From assembly GCA_951406725.2 (NCBI GenBank), contig OX597833.1, positions 70,122,001 through 70,186,000 on the forward strand: a DNA stretch of 64,000 nt. Direction: 5' to 3'. The notes beneath the pieces were generated by a model that was given only the letters and a program-made list of their open reading frames with translations, was not told the origin of the DNA and ran no database searches. This document shows, piece after piece, positions 1-13,163 of this stretch. Positions within the stretch are counted from its first letter, which is position 1. The number at the start of each line of letters is the position of its first letter. A program made the translations under genes and the position numbers. Source of the DNA: Octopus vulgaris (Eukaryota).

Positions 1-106
1 ATTATTATTATTATTATTATTATAATTATTACCTTTATTTTTTATTCCATCGAGGTCGACTTTTCCTTTCGTCCTTTCGGGATTGATAAATCAAGTACCA
101 GTTACA

Positions 107-626
107 TACTGGTGGTGGCGGCGGTGATGGTGGTGGCGGCGGCGGCTGCGAGGGGACGATGGTGGTGGGCATGGCGGTGGCAGTGGTGGCGTCATCGGCG
201 GTGGTGGTGTTGGTGGTGGTGGTGGTGGTGGTGGTGGCGGTGGTGGCGTCATCGGCGGTGGTTGTAGTGGTGGTGGTGTTGGTGGAGGTGGTGGTGGTTG
301 TGGTGGTGGTGGTGATGGTGGTGGCGGTGGTAGTAGTTGTGGTGGTGGTGGTGGTGGTGGTGGTGGTTGTGGTGGTGGTGGTGGTGGTGGTGGTGGTGGT
401 GTTGTGGTGGTGGTGGTGGTGGTGGTAGTTGTTTTGGTGGTGGTGGTGGTGGTGTTGGTGGTGGTAGTGGTGGTGGTGGTGGTGGTGGTGGTTGTGGGTG
501 GTGGTGGTTGTGGTGGTGGTGGTGGTGGTAGTTGTGGTGGTGGTGGTGGTGGTAGTTGTTTTGGTGGTGGTGGTGGTGGTGTTGGTGGTGGTGGTGGTGG
601 TGGTGGTGGTGGTGGTGGTGGTGGTG
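107..626. repeat. (GGT)n/(ACC)n trinucleotide microsatellite
   Basis: Long imperfect GGT run; it explains the poly-T/P/V/G/W ORFs in the track. Confidence 0.95.
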
Positions 627-849
627 TTGATGCTGATTTTGTTGCGTATAATTTTGATATCATTCATTGTTTGAGAAATACACCAACGACGCACCGAAAG
701 TTTAATCGAAGCGACCCACCACATACGAAAGATGCTATGATCACGGCGGTTATTCTTTTTATAACCATTGGAGAAACAACAAAACAGAGATTTGATATTC
801 ACTTGAGCCCACCGTTCTATTTTTCATGCACACATATTTATAGCTGTGT

Positions 850-1490
850 GGAGGCGCAATGGCCCAGTGGTTAGGGCAGCGGACTCGCGGTCATAGGATC
901 GCGGTTTCGATTCCCAGACCGGGCGTTGTGAGTGTTTATTGAGCGAAAAAACCTAAAAAGCTCCACGAGGCTCCGGCAGGGGGTGGTGGTGATCCCTGCT
1001 GTACTCTTTCACCACAACTTTCTCTCACTCTTACTTCCTGTTTCTGTTGTACCTGTATTTCAATGGGCCGGCCTTGTCACTCTCTGTGTCACGCTGAATA
1101 TTCCCGAGAACTACGTTAAGGGTGCACGTGTCTGTGGAGTGCTCAGCCACTTACATGTTAATTTCACGAGCAGGCTGTTCCGTTAATCGAATCAACCGGA
1201 ACCCTCGTCGTCGTAACCGACGGAGTGCTCCAGCAGGGGATGGTGGCGATCCCTGCTGTACTCTTTCACCACAACTTTCTCTCACTCTTACTTCCTGTTT
1301 CTGTTGTACCTGTATTTCAATGGGCCGGCCTTGTCACACTCAGTGTCACGCTGAATATCCCCGAGAACTACGTTAAGGGTGCACGTGTCTGTGGAGTGCT
1401 CAGCCACTTACACGTTAATTTCACGAGCAGGCTGTTCCGTTGATTCGGATCAACCGGAACCCTCGTCGTCGTAACCGACGGAGTGCTTCC
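850..1490 (+). mobile_element. tRNA-derived SINE (family A) with tandem duplication of its 3' body
   Basis: Head GGAGGCGCAATGGCCCAGTGG (A box) and GGTTTCGATTCCC (B box). Body ~975-1228 is repeated at ~1229-1490. Near-identical copies at 28331 and 31439. Confidence 0.9.
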
Positions 1491-1902
1491 ATCCACCATT
1501 TACAGCTACGTAAATTTAATTTCCAAGTTAGAGGGCCGTAACTCATAAATATAGATGATGTTTGTCATTTCCAACATAAAGCTAGAGTTATTCCCCTTGC
1601 GGACGAAGTTATCTGCGAACGAAAAATTGTCTTATAGCAAAGATCATACGCAGCAAATTAGTCTTAAATACGACGGGAAGTGTTTTAGACTCGATGGAAT
1701 TTCACCATTGAACTTCATTTTCGATGGCAATATTAAGTAGCAGTAGCAGTAGCAAATTAGTCTTAAAAGTACCGCTTTCTACTTGTACCACAAGGTACGA
1801 GATATAAATGGCAAGAGCGACCAAGACAAAATTTGAACAAACAGGACACTAAAAACTGGAAGAAACATCACTAGGCATCTTCATATTGCTATATACATAC
1901 AC

Positions 1903-1970
<68 letters not shown>

Positions 1971-1985
1971 ATATATATATATATT

Positions 1986-2070
<85 letters not shown>

Positions 2071-2083
2071 ATATATATATATT

Positions 2084-2154
<71 letters not shown>

Positions 2155-2478
2155 ATGTGTGTGTGTATGTATATATATATATATATGTGTGTGTGTGTAT
2201 GTATGTATGTATGTATGTGTTCATGGGCAAGACACTTTATTTCACGTTGCTCCAGTTCACTCAGCTGTAGAAATGAGTTGCGATGTCACTGGTGCCAAGC
2301 TGTATCAGCCCCTTTGCCTTTCCCTTGGATAACACTGGTGGCGTGGAGAGGGGAGGCTGGTATGCATGGGCGACTGCTGGTCTTCCATAAACAACCTTGC
2401 CCGGACTTGTGTCTAGGAGGGTAGCTTTCTAGGTGCAATTCCATGGTCAGTGTCGTGACCGAAGGGGGTCCCGGATCC

Positions 2479-2516
<38 letters not shown>

Positions 2517-2600
2517 TATATGGCAAATGAAAGACGGAAGATGGAATATAAGAGAATTTATTATAATAAATTCTTGTATATTCCATCTTACGTCTTGCAT

Positions 2601-2678
<78 letters not shown>

Positions 2679-2918
2679 GCATACATACATGCATATATAT
2701 GTGTGTGTATGTGTACGTGTGTGTGTGAGTGTGTGTATCAGTTAACAACAAAATGGAAAAAAAGGGAAACATTTTCTTGTTCCTATCATCAACAATGAAA
2801 TGTATAAACGATTGATATCACACCGCCAACAACAACAACAACAACAACAGCAGCACTTCCCCTCCAACAGCAAAGCAATAAAATTCATTAAAACACTTTA
2901 AACGAATATATTTTGCAG

Positions 2919-3586
2919 GTTTAACTCGTTTACTGATGCAAATGGTTGTCCTTGCCCTACATAGAAACATATCTGTGTCGCATCCAGTCTACAAGATTTT
3001 GGCACCTCACACACTTTTCCTTTTGGCCATCAACGAGTGAGTTCTGTTTTTGTATTTGATTTTTGTCTTTTTTTTTCTTTTGTCTTTCTGGGATTTTTTC
3101 CTCTTGTAATAGCAAGAGAGAACCTCTAATTTCCAGTCGCATTCTTCACAATTTGCCAACAATAAAAATTAAGGAAACAAATTTTTAAGTAGTAATATAA
3201 ATGTTTGGTAGGATCAGTTGCTATAAGGAGTAATGAAATATTTTTCAGATTGCCAAAAGTGCTAAAATGCATAGCCAAATCTTGCTCAGATTATATCTTA
3301 CGTGTCTTAAATATATGAAAGACATACTAGATGAAGTTATCCTTGAGGTACTTTCTCTCTGTATGCTATACCTAGAGACAATGGTGGTCATAGAACGCCA
3401 TGTCAAAATCTGAGAGTTCAAACTTGGCCTTGGAGAAACAGAAAAGTGATTACACGTAGAGACTCCTGTCCGAATTTTTCCCTCAAACACACGGCCGAAT
3501 AAATTTTAATAGAAGGAAACTCGTTCATGTGACATCAAGGCATGACCACTCTATAGCGAGTTTCTGTGAAATATTTAGCATACATC

Positions 3587-3634
<48 letters not shown>

Positions 3635-3893
3635 CGGGAAGGTTTACAAAAATAAACAAAAGACGAAGGCAGGTGGAGTACAAACAAACAATTGTATTAG
3701 TATGGCGCTCAGGAACAGAAATAAAACAAGTCTTTTACGTTTCGAGCCTACGCTCTTCAACAGAAAGATACACAGAAAAGAAACAAGGAGAGAAAAAAAA
3801 TGCGTGTAGGAGCTAACGATCCAACATGGCGTTCTGATTTCAGGCAGAAGTCAGATATCAGAGGTCAGACGTTAGACGCTAGAGGGATAGTAG

Positions 3894-3938
<45 letters not shown>

Positions 3939-4815
3939 CGCTTTGAATTTTGGCGCTCGCTGTTCAACGGATATTTTTCCCTCAAGAACCAGTGGGAAGC
4001 AAGCTAACTCTTTAACCCGGATTAATTTGTGAATTCCCCTGAAGAGGAACGAAACCTTATTGGTTAAATTTCGGAATCATATGACAGGATCGAGTTACTT
4101 AATTCATCGAGTTTTATCTCGCTGGAGAAAGATGTTGTTGCTTGCTGCTCGTAGTCCCTTTGGAAATTTCATGAGGTTGGCGATTTTGTGTGAGTACTGG
4201 AGTTATATTTTTAGCTCTTATTTCTAGCAATTGTAGATGCTGTTTTGCACCCTTATTCACGTATTCTACCTTTTTTGTCTTTATTTGCTTTAGCCACCTA
4301 TTTTTTTATTCCTTTTTTTAAATTTTTTTTTATTCCTTTGATTTTATTTTTCCAGTTTTGCATTTGAAAAACTAGTATCGACTGAAGGTTTGGTCGATAA
4401 AGTAATGGCGATTGGACGAGATGGAATGTACGAACTTATCCATAACAGGTATGTTATAAACGCAAATTATCCTGTGTCACCTGTGTCGTTGATGAGGTTC
4501 AACAGATAGGTGTGAACATAGGTGTATTCAATAAGCAATAGGAAGCGCCCAGTCGCATGCTCTTACGTGAGATTTGAGTCCAGTTTGTCTAAGCTTGGAC
4601 TGTCATGTAATCACTCCGTGGCTGTTTCTTTCTTTTCTGGTAATCTATGTATAGGTCTGTGTGTGTGGTGGGGTGGGGTCTCTCTCTGAATATATGCATG
4701 TTTTTTCTGTGTGCGTATATATCTACTATCTACTATTATATCTAATTCACTTTTGGATATACACGTTTTATATGCATCCGCACTGACTTTCTCATTTGTA
4801 ATGCTTTTATTATAC

Positions 4816-4886
<71 letters not shown>

Positions 4887-5047
4887 GAGTGCATTATTAT
4901 ACATACATGCCACACGCTAAGAGGGACAATTAGTCATTTCTACCAAAAATTTTACTAATCCCACCGAATGCAATCTTTCAAATTGCTATATATATACATA
5001 TATATATATATACATATATATACATATATATATATATACATATACGT

Positions 5048-5112
<65 letters not shown>

Positions 5113-5209
5113 CATGCATACATATATATAAAAGGAAGTATGTATTCTTATATGTAATAAACTATTATATTTATGTATTACTATAAATGATATTCAAATA
5201 GTATGTATA

Positions 5210-5240
<31 letters not shown>

Positions 5241-5457
5241 ATATGAATATATATATTAGGTTGGTGCATAATTATTGCGGCTTTTTTCAATAAATTTTAT
5301 TCAACAAAAACAATAACAACATTTAACAAAAACATATTTAAATGATTATTCCGGACCATATTCACCATCTACTTCAATTTCTGCTTGGCGTTTTGTGTAA
5401 TATTTTTTGGTGAATAGAATTTATTGAAAAAAAAAAGCCGCAGTAATTATACACCTG

Positions 5458-5542
<85 letters not shown>

Positions 5543-5737
5543 GGAGTAAACACATAAATGTGAAACAAGGTGGAAAAAGAGTACTCAAATACCAGTGGTA
5601 GAGTAATATGCTTTATTTAAAGCACCAGAAAATTCCATAAAACCTGTTACTCTAAGTTTCGCAAAAACTGTCCGACGAACGGCAACGCGAAACTCAGAGT
5701 AACAGGTTTTGTGGAATTTTCTGCTGCTTTAAATGAA

Positions 5738-5809
<72 letters not shown>

Positions 5810-8800
5810 TTATAATAATAATAATATATGTATATACATATATATATATATGATATATCCTTATAGTTCACACGAATGGAACTTTTCAAGTGACGGACAT
5901 CCAGCTACTGATTTTGAAAACCGAAAAGTAAGCCTTTCTCTTTTTCTTGATTTCTCAGAGTTCTAATTTCAAATCCTGCGGTTCCAACTATAAATTTATG
6001 TTCACAGTTTCGATGTTAGTAAAGAATTGCTAGTTTAGATTAGATAAATGGAATTACTAGAACCAGAGCGAAGTGGCTTTCAGTATTTCTTCTGAGTCTT
6101 TGTATCCGGACAACAACACCTGAAACGGCTGTCATTCCAACATCTCTCGGCCTTGTCTTGCCTTTTGGACGGCATCGGTGGCGGGAGATGAGAGACTTGC
6201 ATACGTGAATATCTGTGTAGTCTTGCATTAAAATAAAAATATTTGCCCAAGTCTGTGACAGAAGACTTCCAGTTTCGGGAACATAATATCACATGACATT
6301 GGGTGGCCACCGTTACAATATATATTTTAAATGAACCGGAGATTACTGGAAAGAAATATATTTCTCATCGCGCATTTTCTGATTGCTTCGTTTCTTTTAA
6401 GAAATTTTTTTTTTTTTTTTTTTGTAGGTAATAGATTTTATCCATTAAATGTATTTTTCTTGGAATTTTCTTGAAAACCCCTCACCTGGTAACTTTTTTC
6501 TTTTGGAGAAAGCGTTTCATTTTCAGACGAATATTTCTATGGCTTTTTTCTATGATTGAAAATCTCATCTGATGTATCCGAGTTTCCAATAGAAGGTTCA
6601 TACTCATAGTTATCTCCTGAGCTCGACATCTGGCGTAATTTGTAAAAGAAAGAAAAAAAACAGAAAATAAAAACGAGAAATACCGAGAATTGATGTATAA
6701 CGATATCTGTGACAGGTTTTGAAATTATATGCTTTGGGCGAGTTCTCTTGTTACACTCTGAAAAAGACAAATAAGTGAAGACAATTCGTCTTTGCCGGAT
6801 AAGGGGTTAAACAATTCATCAACAATGGTAATATAGTCAACACGTAAGGCGGCGAACAGGCAGAATCGTTAGCACGCCGGGCGAAAGGCGTAGCCGTATT
6901 TCGTCTGCCGTTACGTTCAGAGTTCAAATTCCGCCAAGGTCGACTTTGCCCTTCATCCCTTCGGGCTCGATAAATTAAGTACCAGTTACGAACTGGGGTC
7001 GATTTAAGTCGACTTAGTCCGTGTATCTGTCCTTGCTTGTCCTCTCTGTGTTTAGCCCCTTGTGGGTAGTAAAGAAATAGAAATAGGTATTTCGTCTGCC
7101 GTTATGTTCTGAGTTCAAATTCCGCCGAGGTCGACTTTGCCTTTCATCCTTTCGGAGTCGATAAATTAAATACCAGTTACGCACTGGGATCGATATAATC
7201 GACTTAATCCGTTTGTCTGTCCTTCTTTGTCCCCTCTATGTTTAGCCCCTTGTGGGCAATAAAGAAATAAGAATCGATAGCCCACCGGGCGAAATGCTTA
7301 GTGGTATTTCGTCTGTCTTTGCGTTCTGTGTTTAAATTCCGCCGAGGTCGACTTTGCCTTTCATCCTTTCGGAGTCGATAAATAAAGTACTAGTTGCGTA
7401 CTGGGGTTAATCCAATCGACTGCCCCACCCACCCAACAAAATTTTGAGCTTTATGCCTGGAGTAGAAAAGAATATAAGCAACACGTTTCTCTGGCGCAAC
7501 TCAGTTTCGTTGAGAACATATTCCTCTGCTTTCTAATTTCAGGTTGACGACCCGAAAGTTTTACCCAAATACTATTTCAGAGATGATTCGCTTGTATTGT
7601 ACAACGCAATACATAAGTATGTCTCAAGCTACATAGATATCTACTATGGTAATTATATCGGTTTGGTTTATTTCTTTTATGTTATATTTGTTACTAGCAG
7701 AGTTACCCAGCGTTGCCCGAGTTACATACAATTGAAGAATTAGACTTTTCTGTTATATTTTCTGTAATGAACTGGAATACCTATGTTTCGAATTTCATCA
7801 AAATTGCAGATGAGGGTTATTTCCCTCTTTATACACCCTGAAAAAAATTGTAATCGTGCCACATGTATCCCATACTAATGATTGTTATGCGCATATTCCA
7901 AAATTCCAGTCTCATAGAACCTGTTGAAAGGATTTTGCTCCTGAAAAATGGAGGTGATGGAGCTCTAAAATGTGAGATTTAAGGCCCCTGTTGGGGGTGG
8001 GCATCTTAATGTCAACCAGAGAAGTTGAATTGTTGAGAATCTTTTTAACTTGGGTCTTATATCTTTGAGAAAACTTGTAAAGAAGACGTGCCACACGGAA
8101 TAAAGACCAGAAGTCAGTACACAATCGCAGCATACATAGCGTCCTGTTGATAAGGCGGCGAGCTGGCAGAAACGTTAGCACGCCTGGCGGTATTTCGTCA
8201 GTCTTTACGTTGTGAGTTCAAATTCCGCGGATGTCAACTTTTCCTTTCATCCTTTCGGGATCAATTAAATAAGTACCAGTTACGCACTGGGATCGATATA
8301 ATCGACTTAATCCGTCTGTCTGTCCTTGTTTGTCCCCTCTGTGTTTAGCCCCTTGTGGGTAGTAAAGAAATAAGTATTTCATCTGTCTTTACGTTCTGAG
8401 TTCAAATTCCGCCGAGGTCAACTTTGCCTTTCACTCTTTCGGGATCGATTAAATAAGTAAAAGCTACGCACTGGGGTCGATATAATCGACCTAATCCGTT
8501 TGTCTGTCCTTGTTTGTCCCTTCTGTGTTTAGCCCCTTGTGGGTAGTAAAGAAATAGAAATAGATATATAGGGAGCGGCAGAAAGCAACTTACTGCCACG
8601 TTGGGGACAGAACACGTGACGCAAGAGCAGCAGATGAATCCATTTCTTTTCTTTTTATCGATTTAGAAATTGAAAACGTATTGAAGGAACGAGAAACTGT
8701 TACAGATGACCGCTTTTTTACTTTTAATTTGTTTTTGTTTTTTTGGGGGTTTTTTTGTCAAAACTGAAACCATACTATATTTGTACAGGACTTTTTCTAA

Positions 8801-11641
8801 TTATATTTCTGTTTTAATTTCAAATTCAGCTGATGAAAACGATGTAAATAATGACTGGGAGATACAAAACTGGATCGAAAGTTTAGCCGTAGGACACGAG
8901 AATGGAGGTTTAGAGGTAAATGATGTTTATAATTATTGGAGACTGGTTGTTGTTGTTGTTACTGTTGTTGTCCGTGAACTTGTATAAAATTAGGGTTCCT
9001 TATTTTTCTCAACATCCCTACGCCGGACCGTTCCACCTGTTAGTTCTATAAGTCAACACACCTTTATTATTACAACCTTTTTACAGGGTTTACCAATGAA
9101 AGATGGCAAAGGTCACGTGTCTTCAAAAGAAGAATTAAAAGAGATTCTAGCCGTAATTATCTTCACCTGTAGCGTGACACACGCCGCTGCCAATTTCCTG
9201 CAGTATGAAGAATATGGTTTCCCTGCAAATTATCCAGCGACACTAAACACACCATTGTTAAAAGACAAAGTAAGTTTATTTTTCGTTTTTTTTTTTATAG
9301 AATAGTATTTGATATAGCTTGTTAATGAGTGCTAGTGTGCGATAATAAAATATGCAATATGTGATAATATGATCATGTATTAATTTATAACATGTAATAA
9401 CGTGTGATAATGCATTGCAACTTTAGGAATAATGCCTACGTAAAGTACTTTCAATACAGTAAAAATAAGAGGCCCCACAACAAACCACAGCACATACCCA
9501 AGGCTTACAGAGCTGCACCCGGTAGTGCAGTGAAAGCATGTGATAAAAAAAATCCGAAACCTCATTCGTATCAGTATTAGTTTCCTCGCTAAATATCTAA
9601 CGTCAATTATTTTAACAAAATGTGGTATTTTCAATTCCTTATTATTGATAGTTTGAATTAAAGATTGGTTTATTTTCCTCTTTGTTCTTTTCGTTTTCGC
9701 CATTTTACATCGATAGGATCCTAAAACGGAGAGCGATATCATTGCTGCTCTCCCTAATAAAGAAGAAACTTTCAACATGGTGACACTCACACGCATACTC
9801 AGTGAAAGAGCAACTAAGTCGTTGGGTAATTTTGAAACACAGTATATCTACGACCCGAAAGCAGTTGGCTGTGTCAAATGGTAAGTATAAATATTAAATT
9901 GTACGAAAATATATATACAAGGCCATGTGATATTAGGAGGCTCTCCAATACGTCATAATGTTGTGTTCATTAATATGTGATAACGTAATATGTGATAACA
10001 TGGGTTAATGTGATGTGGTGTGAGAACGTGATATGATACGATAATGATAAAGTGAGTAAACATTTAATAACGAGGAAATGGTGTCATAATTTGTGATGGC
10101 ATCATATGTGATACCATGTAATAATCTTTTCTACTCTAGGCACAAGGCTGGAAATTTTTTTTTGGGGGGGGGCGGGCAGTCGATTAGATCGACCCAAGTG
10201 TGCAACTGGTATTTCATTTATCGACCCCGAAAAGATGAAAGGCAAAAATCGACCTCGGCGGAATTTGAACTCAGAACGTAAAGACAGACGAAATACTGTT
10301 AAGCATTTCGCACGGCGTGCTAATGTTTCTGCCAGCTCACCGCCGTAGATACATGAAATATATATGTGACATTGTGTAGCATATATGTGAAAATGCAAGA
10401 ATATATTACGTAATAACAAGTGAGATCAGTATTATCTGTTAATATCATATAATGTATGGTGTTAACGTGAGATGGTATGTGTTAATACGACATATAATAT
10501 GTAATACTATGTGATAATCAATGATAATATACGGCAATGCAGTAATATGCGATTAATATACAATAGTATGCAATAAAGAAATGATGTTATCTCTTAATAT
10601 CTGCAAGTATTAGATAATAGTATGTGATAAATTTCATAAGAAGAAATCGTATTATAACGTGGCAACATGTGATATGTCGTGTTATATGTCAATATGGATT
10701 AATACGTGATATAATGTGATAATGTGATAACATCTGATATACATGACAACAGTATATTGTCATGTATACCATATAGAGTGTTCTTGTGCTAATCTCTCTC
10801 TATATAAAGCTGAAGTTGTCTGTGTATGGCAGGTTTGGTAGCTTTCAACTAACACTATCTCCTCCGAGATCCTGCGGAGAAAGTTGACCAAAATTGAGAA
10901 TATGATAGAAGAAGGCTTGCTCTTCCTTCCGTAGAAGGAAAATTTCAAATCGGACCATGTTAACACCAAAAATTATTTACATCAAAAAGGCTTTTTTTTT
11001 TCTATGAAAATCCCTATATTTTACGATTTTTTGACTGCTGTGTCGCCATTTTTCGGTGTATTTCAACCAGAAAAATGTTCACTTAAAGAGAATAACAAAC
11101 TACATAATGCAAAATTTTTACTTTTTAAAAATTCCACTTCTAAAGGGTCCAAACAAAACCGAGCAACGCCGGGCGATACTGCTAGTGTTTGATAATGTTT
11201 GATAATATATTTAAAATGTGTGAATTTGTATGACTGAGTGTGAAAACGGGAATATGTGAAAATTTTATTATGTTTGATAAAAATGTTAAGTTTTAATGTT
11301 TAACAATATGAAAATTATAAAATATCTGAGACTGGCGAAGAGCAAGTGATAAAACCTTGGTACATTTTATTCTTGACTGGCACCGTTTAGGTGAAAAACT
11401 GACAAGGTCTCAGTGGTGGATACTACCAAATGTGCTCTGTACACAGACAGAATTTAATCTGTATTAAAATCTCGTTATATTTTTCTTATTTCTTTTTTCT
11501 TCTCGTTCTCTCTTTTTCTATTTTAGTTTCCAGTCAGACTTGAAAAGAATTAGTGACGAAATTAGAAGAAGAAACAAGACCTTAGAGAAACCTTACGAAG
11601 TCTTGGACCCTGTCAACATTCCTAATGCTATCAGCATTTAA
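2919..11641 (+). CDS. Lipoxygenase paralog A (3' part; 5' exons not in window), with His->Arg at an iron ligand
   Basis: GT-AG exons 2919-3036, 4356-4448, 5867-5927, 7543-7648, 8830-8915, 9087-9269, 9717-9880, 11527-11641. Sizes (118,93,61,106,86,183,164,115) and phases equal gene B exons 8-15. Motifs [36 protein letters not shown], terminal PNAISI*. Confidence 0.92.
3632..3896 (-). mobile_element. Short (TA)n-embedded PLE-end-like element with variant hammerhead
   Basis: Flanked by (TA)n. Minus strand 3731-3768 reads TCTTT-CTGTTGA-A-GAGC gtag GCTC-GAAA-CG-TA-AAAGA. Related copy at 47564-47751. Confidence 0.7.
5256..5462. mobile_element. mariner-type MITE
   Basis: Imperfect TIR TTAGGTTGGTGCATAATTATTGCGGC / GCCGCAGTAATTATACACCTGTCTAA flanked by TA; the left end resembles mariner TIRs. 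Confidence 0.75.
5540..5738. mobile_element. Fold-back short element with hammerhead, in (TA)n
   Basis: Inverted arms ~5611-5662 / 5687-5738. + strand 5668-5705 reads CTGT-CCGACGA-ACG gcaa CGC-GAAA-CTCAGAG-TA-ACAG. Confidence 0.7.
6848..7470 (+). mobile_element. Tandem array of family B SINEs (Meta/MESC-like core)
   Basis: Head GGCGGCGAGCTGGCAGAA..., B box GAGTTCAAATTCC, core GCCTTTCATCCTTTCGGGGTCGATAAA; three consecutive units. Confidence 0.88.
8154..8555 (+). mobile_element. Family B SINE dimer
   Basis: Same head and core as 6848; two units. Confidence 0.85.
10125..10345 (-). mobile_element. Family B SINE
   Basis: Reverse complement of the family B consensus. Confidence 0.85.
10793..11185 (+). 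mobile_element. Non-autonomous Helitron
   Basis: A|TC start, subterminal GC-rich motif CCGAGCAACGCCGGG, CTAG|T end, no TSD. Homologous to 38975-39367. Confidence 0.8.
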
Positions 11642-11687
11642 ATATATGTGAGCGTGTGTGTGTGTATACATAGTATATTATACTATA

Positions 11688-12085
11688 TCTTTATATATAA
11701 AAGAGAGGTTGTGTGTCTGTCTCCTACGATTTAGATTCCTAACTACTCCCACATTTTGCGGTGCAGTTTAACCAAAACCGGGTATCTTATAGTCGTGATT
11801 CATATCGAGCCCTTCTGGGTTTTAGCGCGCGTCTACGATGAGTCTACGATTTTAAAAAAATTTACCATAATTTTTTCCCATTTTAATGCATTTTTGTCGC
11901 TATTATATAAGGAAAGTAACTCTCTAAAAATGTCTATGATGAGTCAACGATTTTTAAAAAAATTTTACCAAAATTCTTTTCCATTTTTAATGCATTTTTT
12001 TGCTATATTTTGGCTATAACTCTCTAAAAATGCTTATATAGTTATTTCCCTTACAAACCCGAGCAACGCCGGGCGATATTGCTAG
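11688..12085 (+). mobile_element. Non-autonomous Helitron (different internal sequence, same 3' end) just downstream of the gene A stop
   Basis: A|TC...CCCGAGCAACGCCGGGCGATATTGCTAG|T, with an internal tandem duplication at ~11830-12030. Confidence 0.78.
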
Positions 12086-12771
12086 TTATATTATATATCA
12101 TTATACTACAATATACTATATTATTTTAAATATATTAAAAAAACTTCACAAATTACTATTTTGTGTTTCAAATTATTGATCATTAGACAGAATTGATCAT
12201 TTAAATGATTAGTTACGGAAAACACTGACTCACACATGTATGCGCGGGGTGGGGGGTGTTAAGGATTATTAGATTCAAAAGTGCTATGTTCATTTGCCTA
12301 GGTAAATAATCTCCTCTTGTTCAACTTTGTTTTCAAAGAACCATTTCCTTTTGTAGTGTTCGCCTGTACACATACAAACCCTCTGTTTTAATAACCCTGC
12401 ATTCGCTACTCACAATCTAATACCCTTAATCAATTAGATTCAAAGATATATGTCTTCTCACCAAGTTATTTATTAACAACATGCATTGGCTGTACTCTGC
12501 GCCCTTTTTTTTCCAAAACATTTCGGACTTCCAATTATAAATATTGCCACATACTACTATGTTTATATATAAAAGAAATAATAATAATAATAATAATGAT
12601 ATGAGCCTGGGTAGATATCAACAAGACCCGTGAAGCGGATAACCTCGTTGCGGGTCTTGTTATCTCTCTACAAAATTGTGTATTGAGTCTTTAAATCCTT
12701 GTTTGAGATATGGTCATCCCAGATGTATACTGTGTGCATATACATATACATATACATATACATATATATAC

Positions 12772-12843
<72 letters not shown>

Positions 12844-12848
<5 letters not shown>

Positions 12849-13050
12849 TAATCCAAACAAGAAAGCACAAAAAAAACACAACAACGCGAGGACGTGGAAC
12901 AAATATAGTATTATTGGACGCTCAGGAAAGAAGGAGGGTTTAACGTTTCGAGCGGAGCTCTTCGTCGGAAACATAGGAGAAGGAAAGGTCCAGAGAATGG
13001 AAGACAGAAGGGAAAAAATCGCCAACGATACACACGCGGTCACATTTTGA
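12844..13050 (-). mobile_element. Short (TA)n-embedded element with variant hammerhead
   Basis: Minus strand 12938-12972 reads GTTT-CCGACGA-A-GAGC tcc GCTC-GAAA-CG-TT-AAAC. Copy at 57141-57356. Confidence 0.72.
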
Positions 13051-13103
13051 ATATATATATATATTCATATATATATATTCATATATATTTATATATTCAT
13101 ATA

Positions 13104-13163
<60 letters not shown>

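Noticed and set aside
35-874. Long ORFs rich in Thr/Pro/Val/Gly/His (mucin- or extensin-like)
   Set aside because: They are translations of a (GGT)n microsatellite that is open in most frames.
850-925. tRNA gene candidates at SINE heads (also 28331, 31439, 35289)
   Set aside because: A and B boxes are present but continue into conserved SINE bodies, and no proper cloverleaf is evident.
2927-2929. Rescue of the His->Arg change by A-to-I RNA editing
   Set aside because: Editing reads A as G, so it cannot convert genomic CGT back to CAT.
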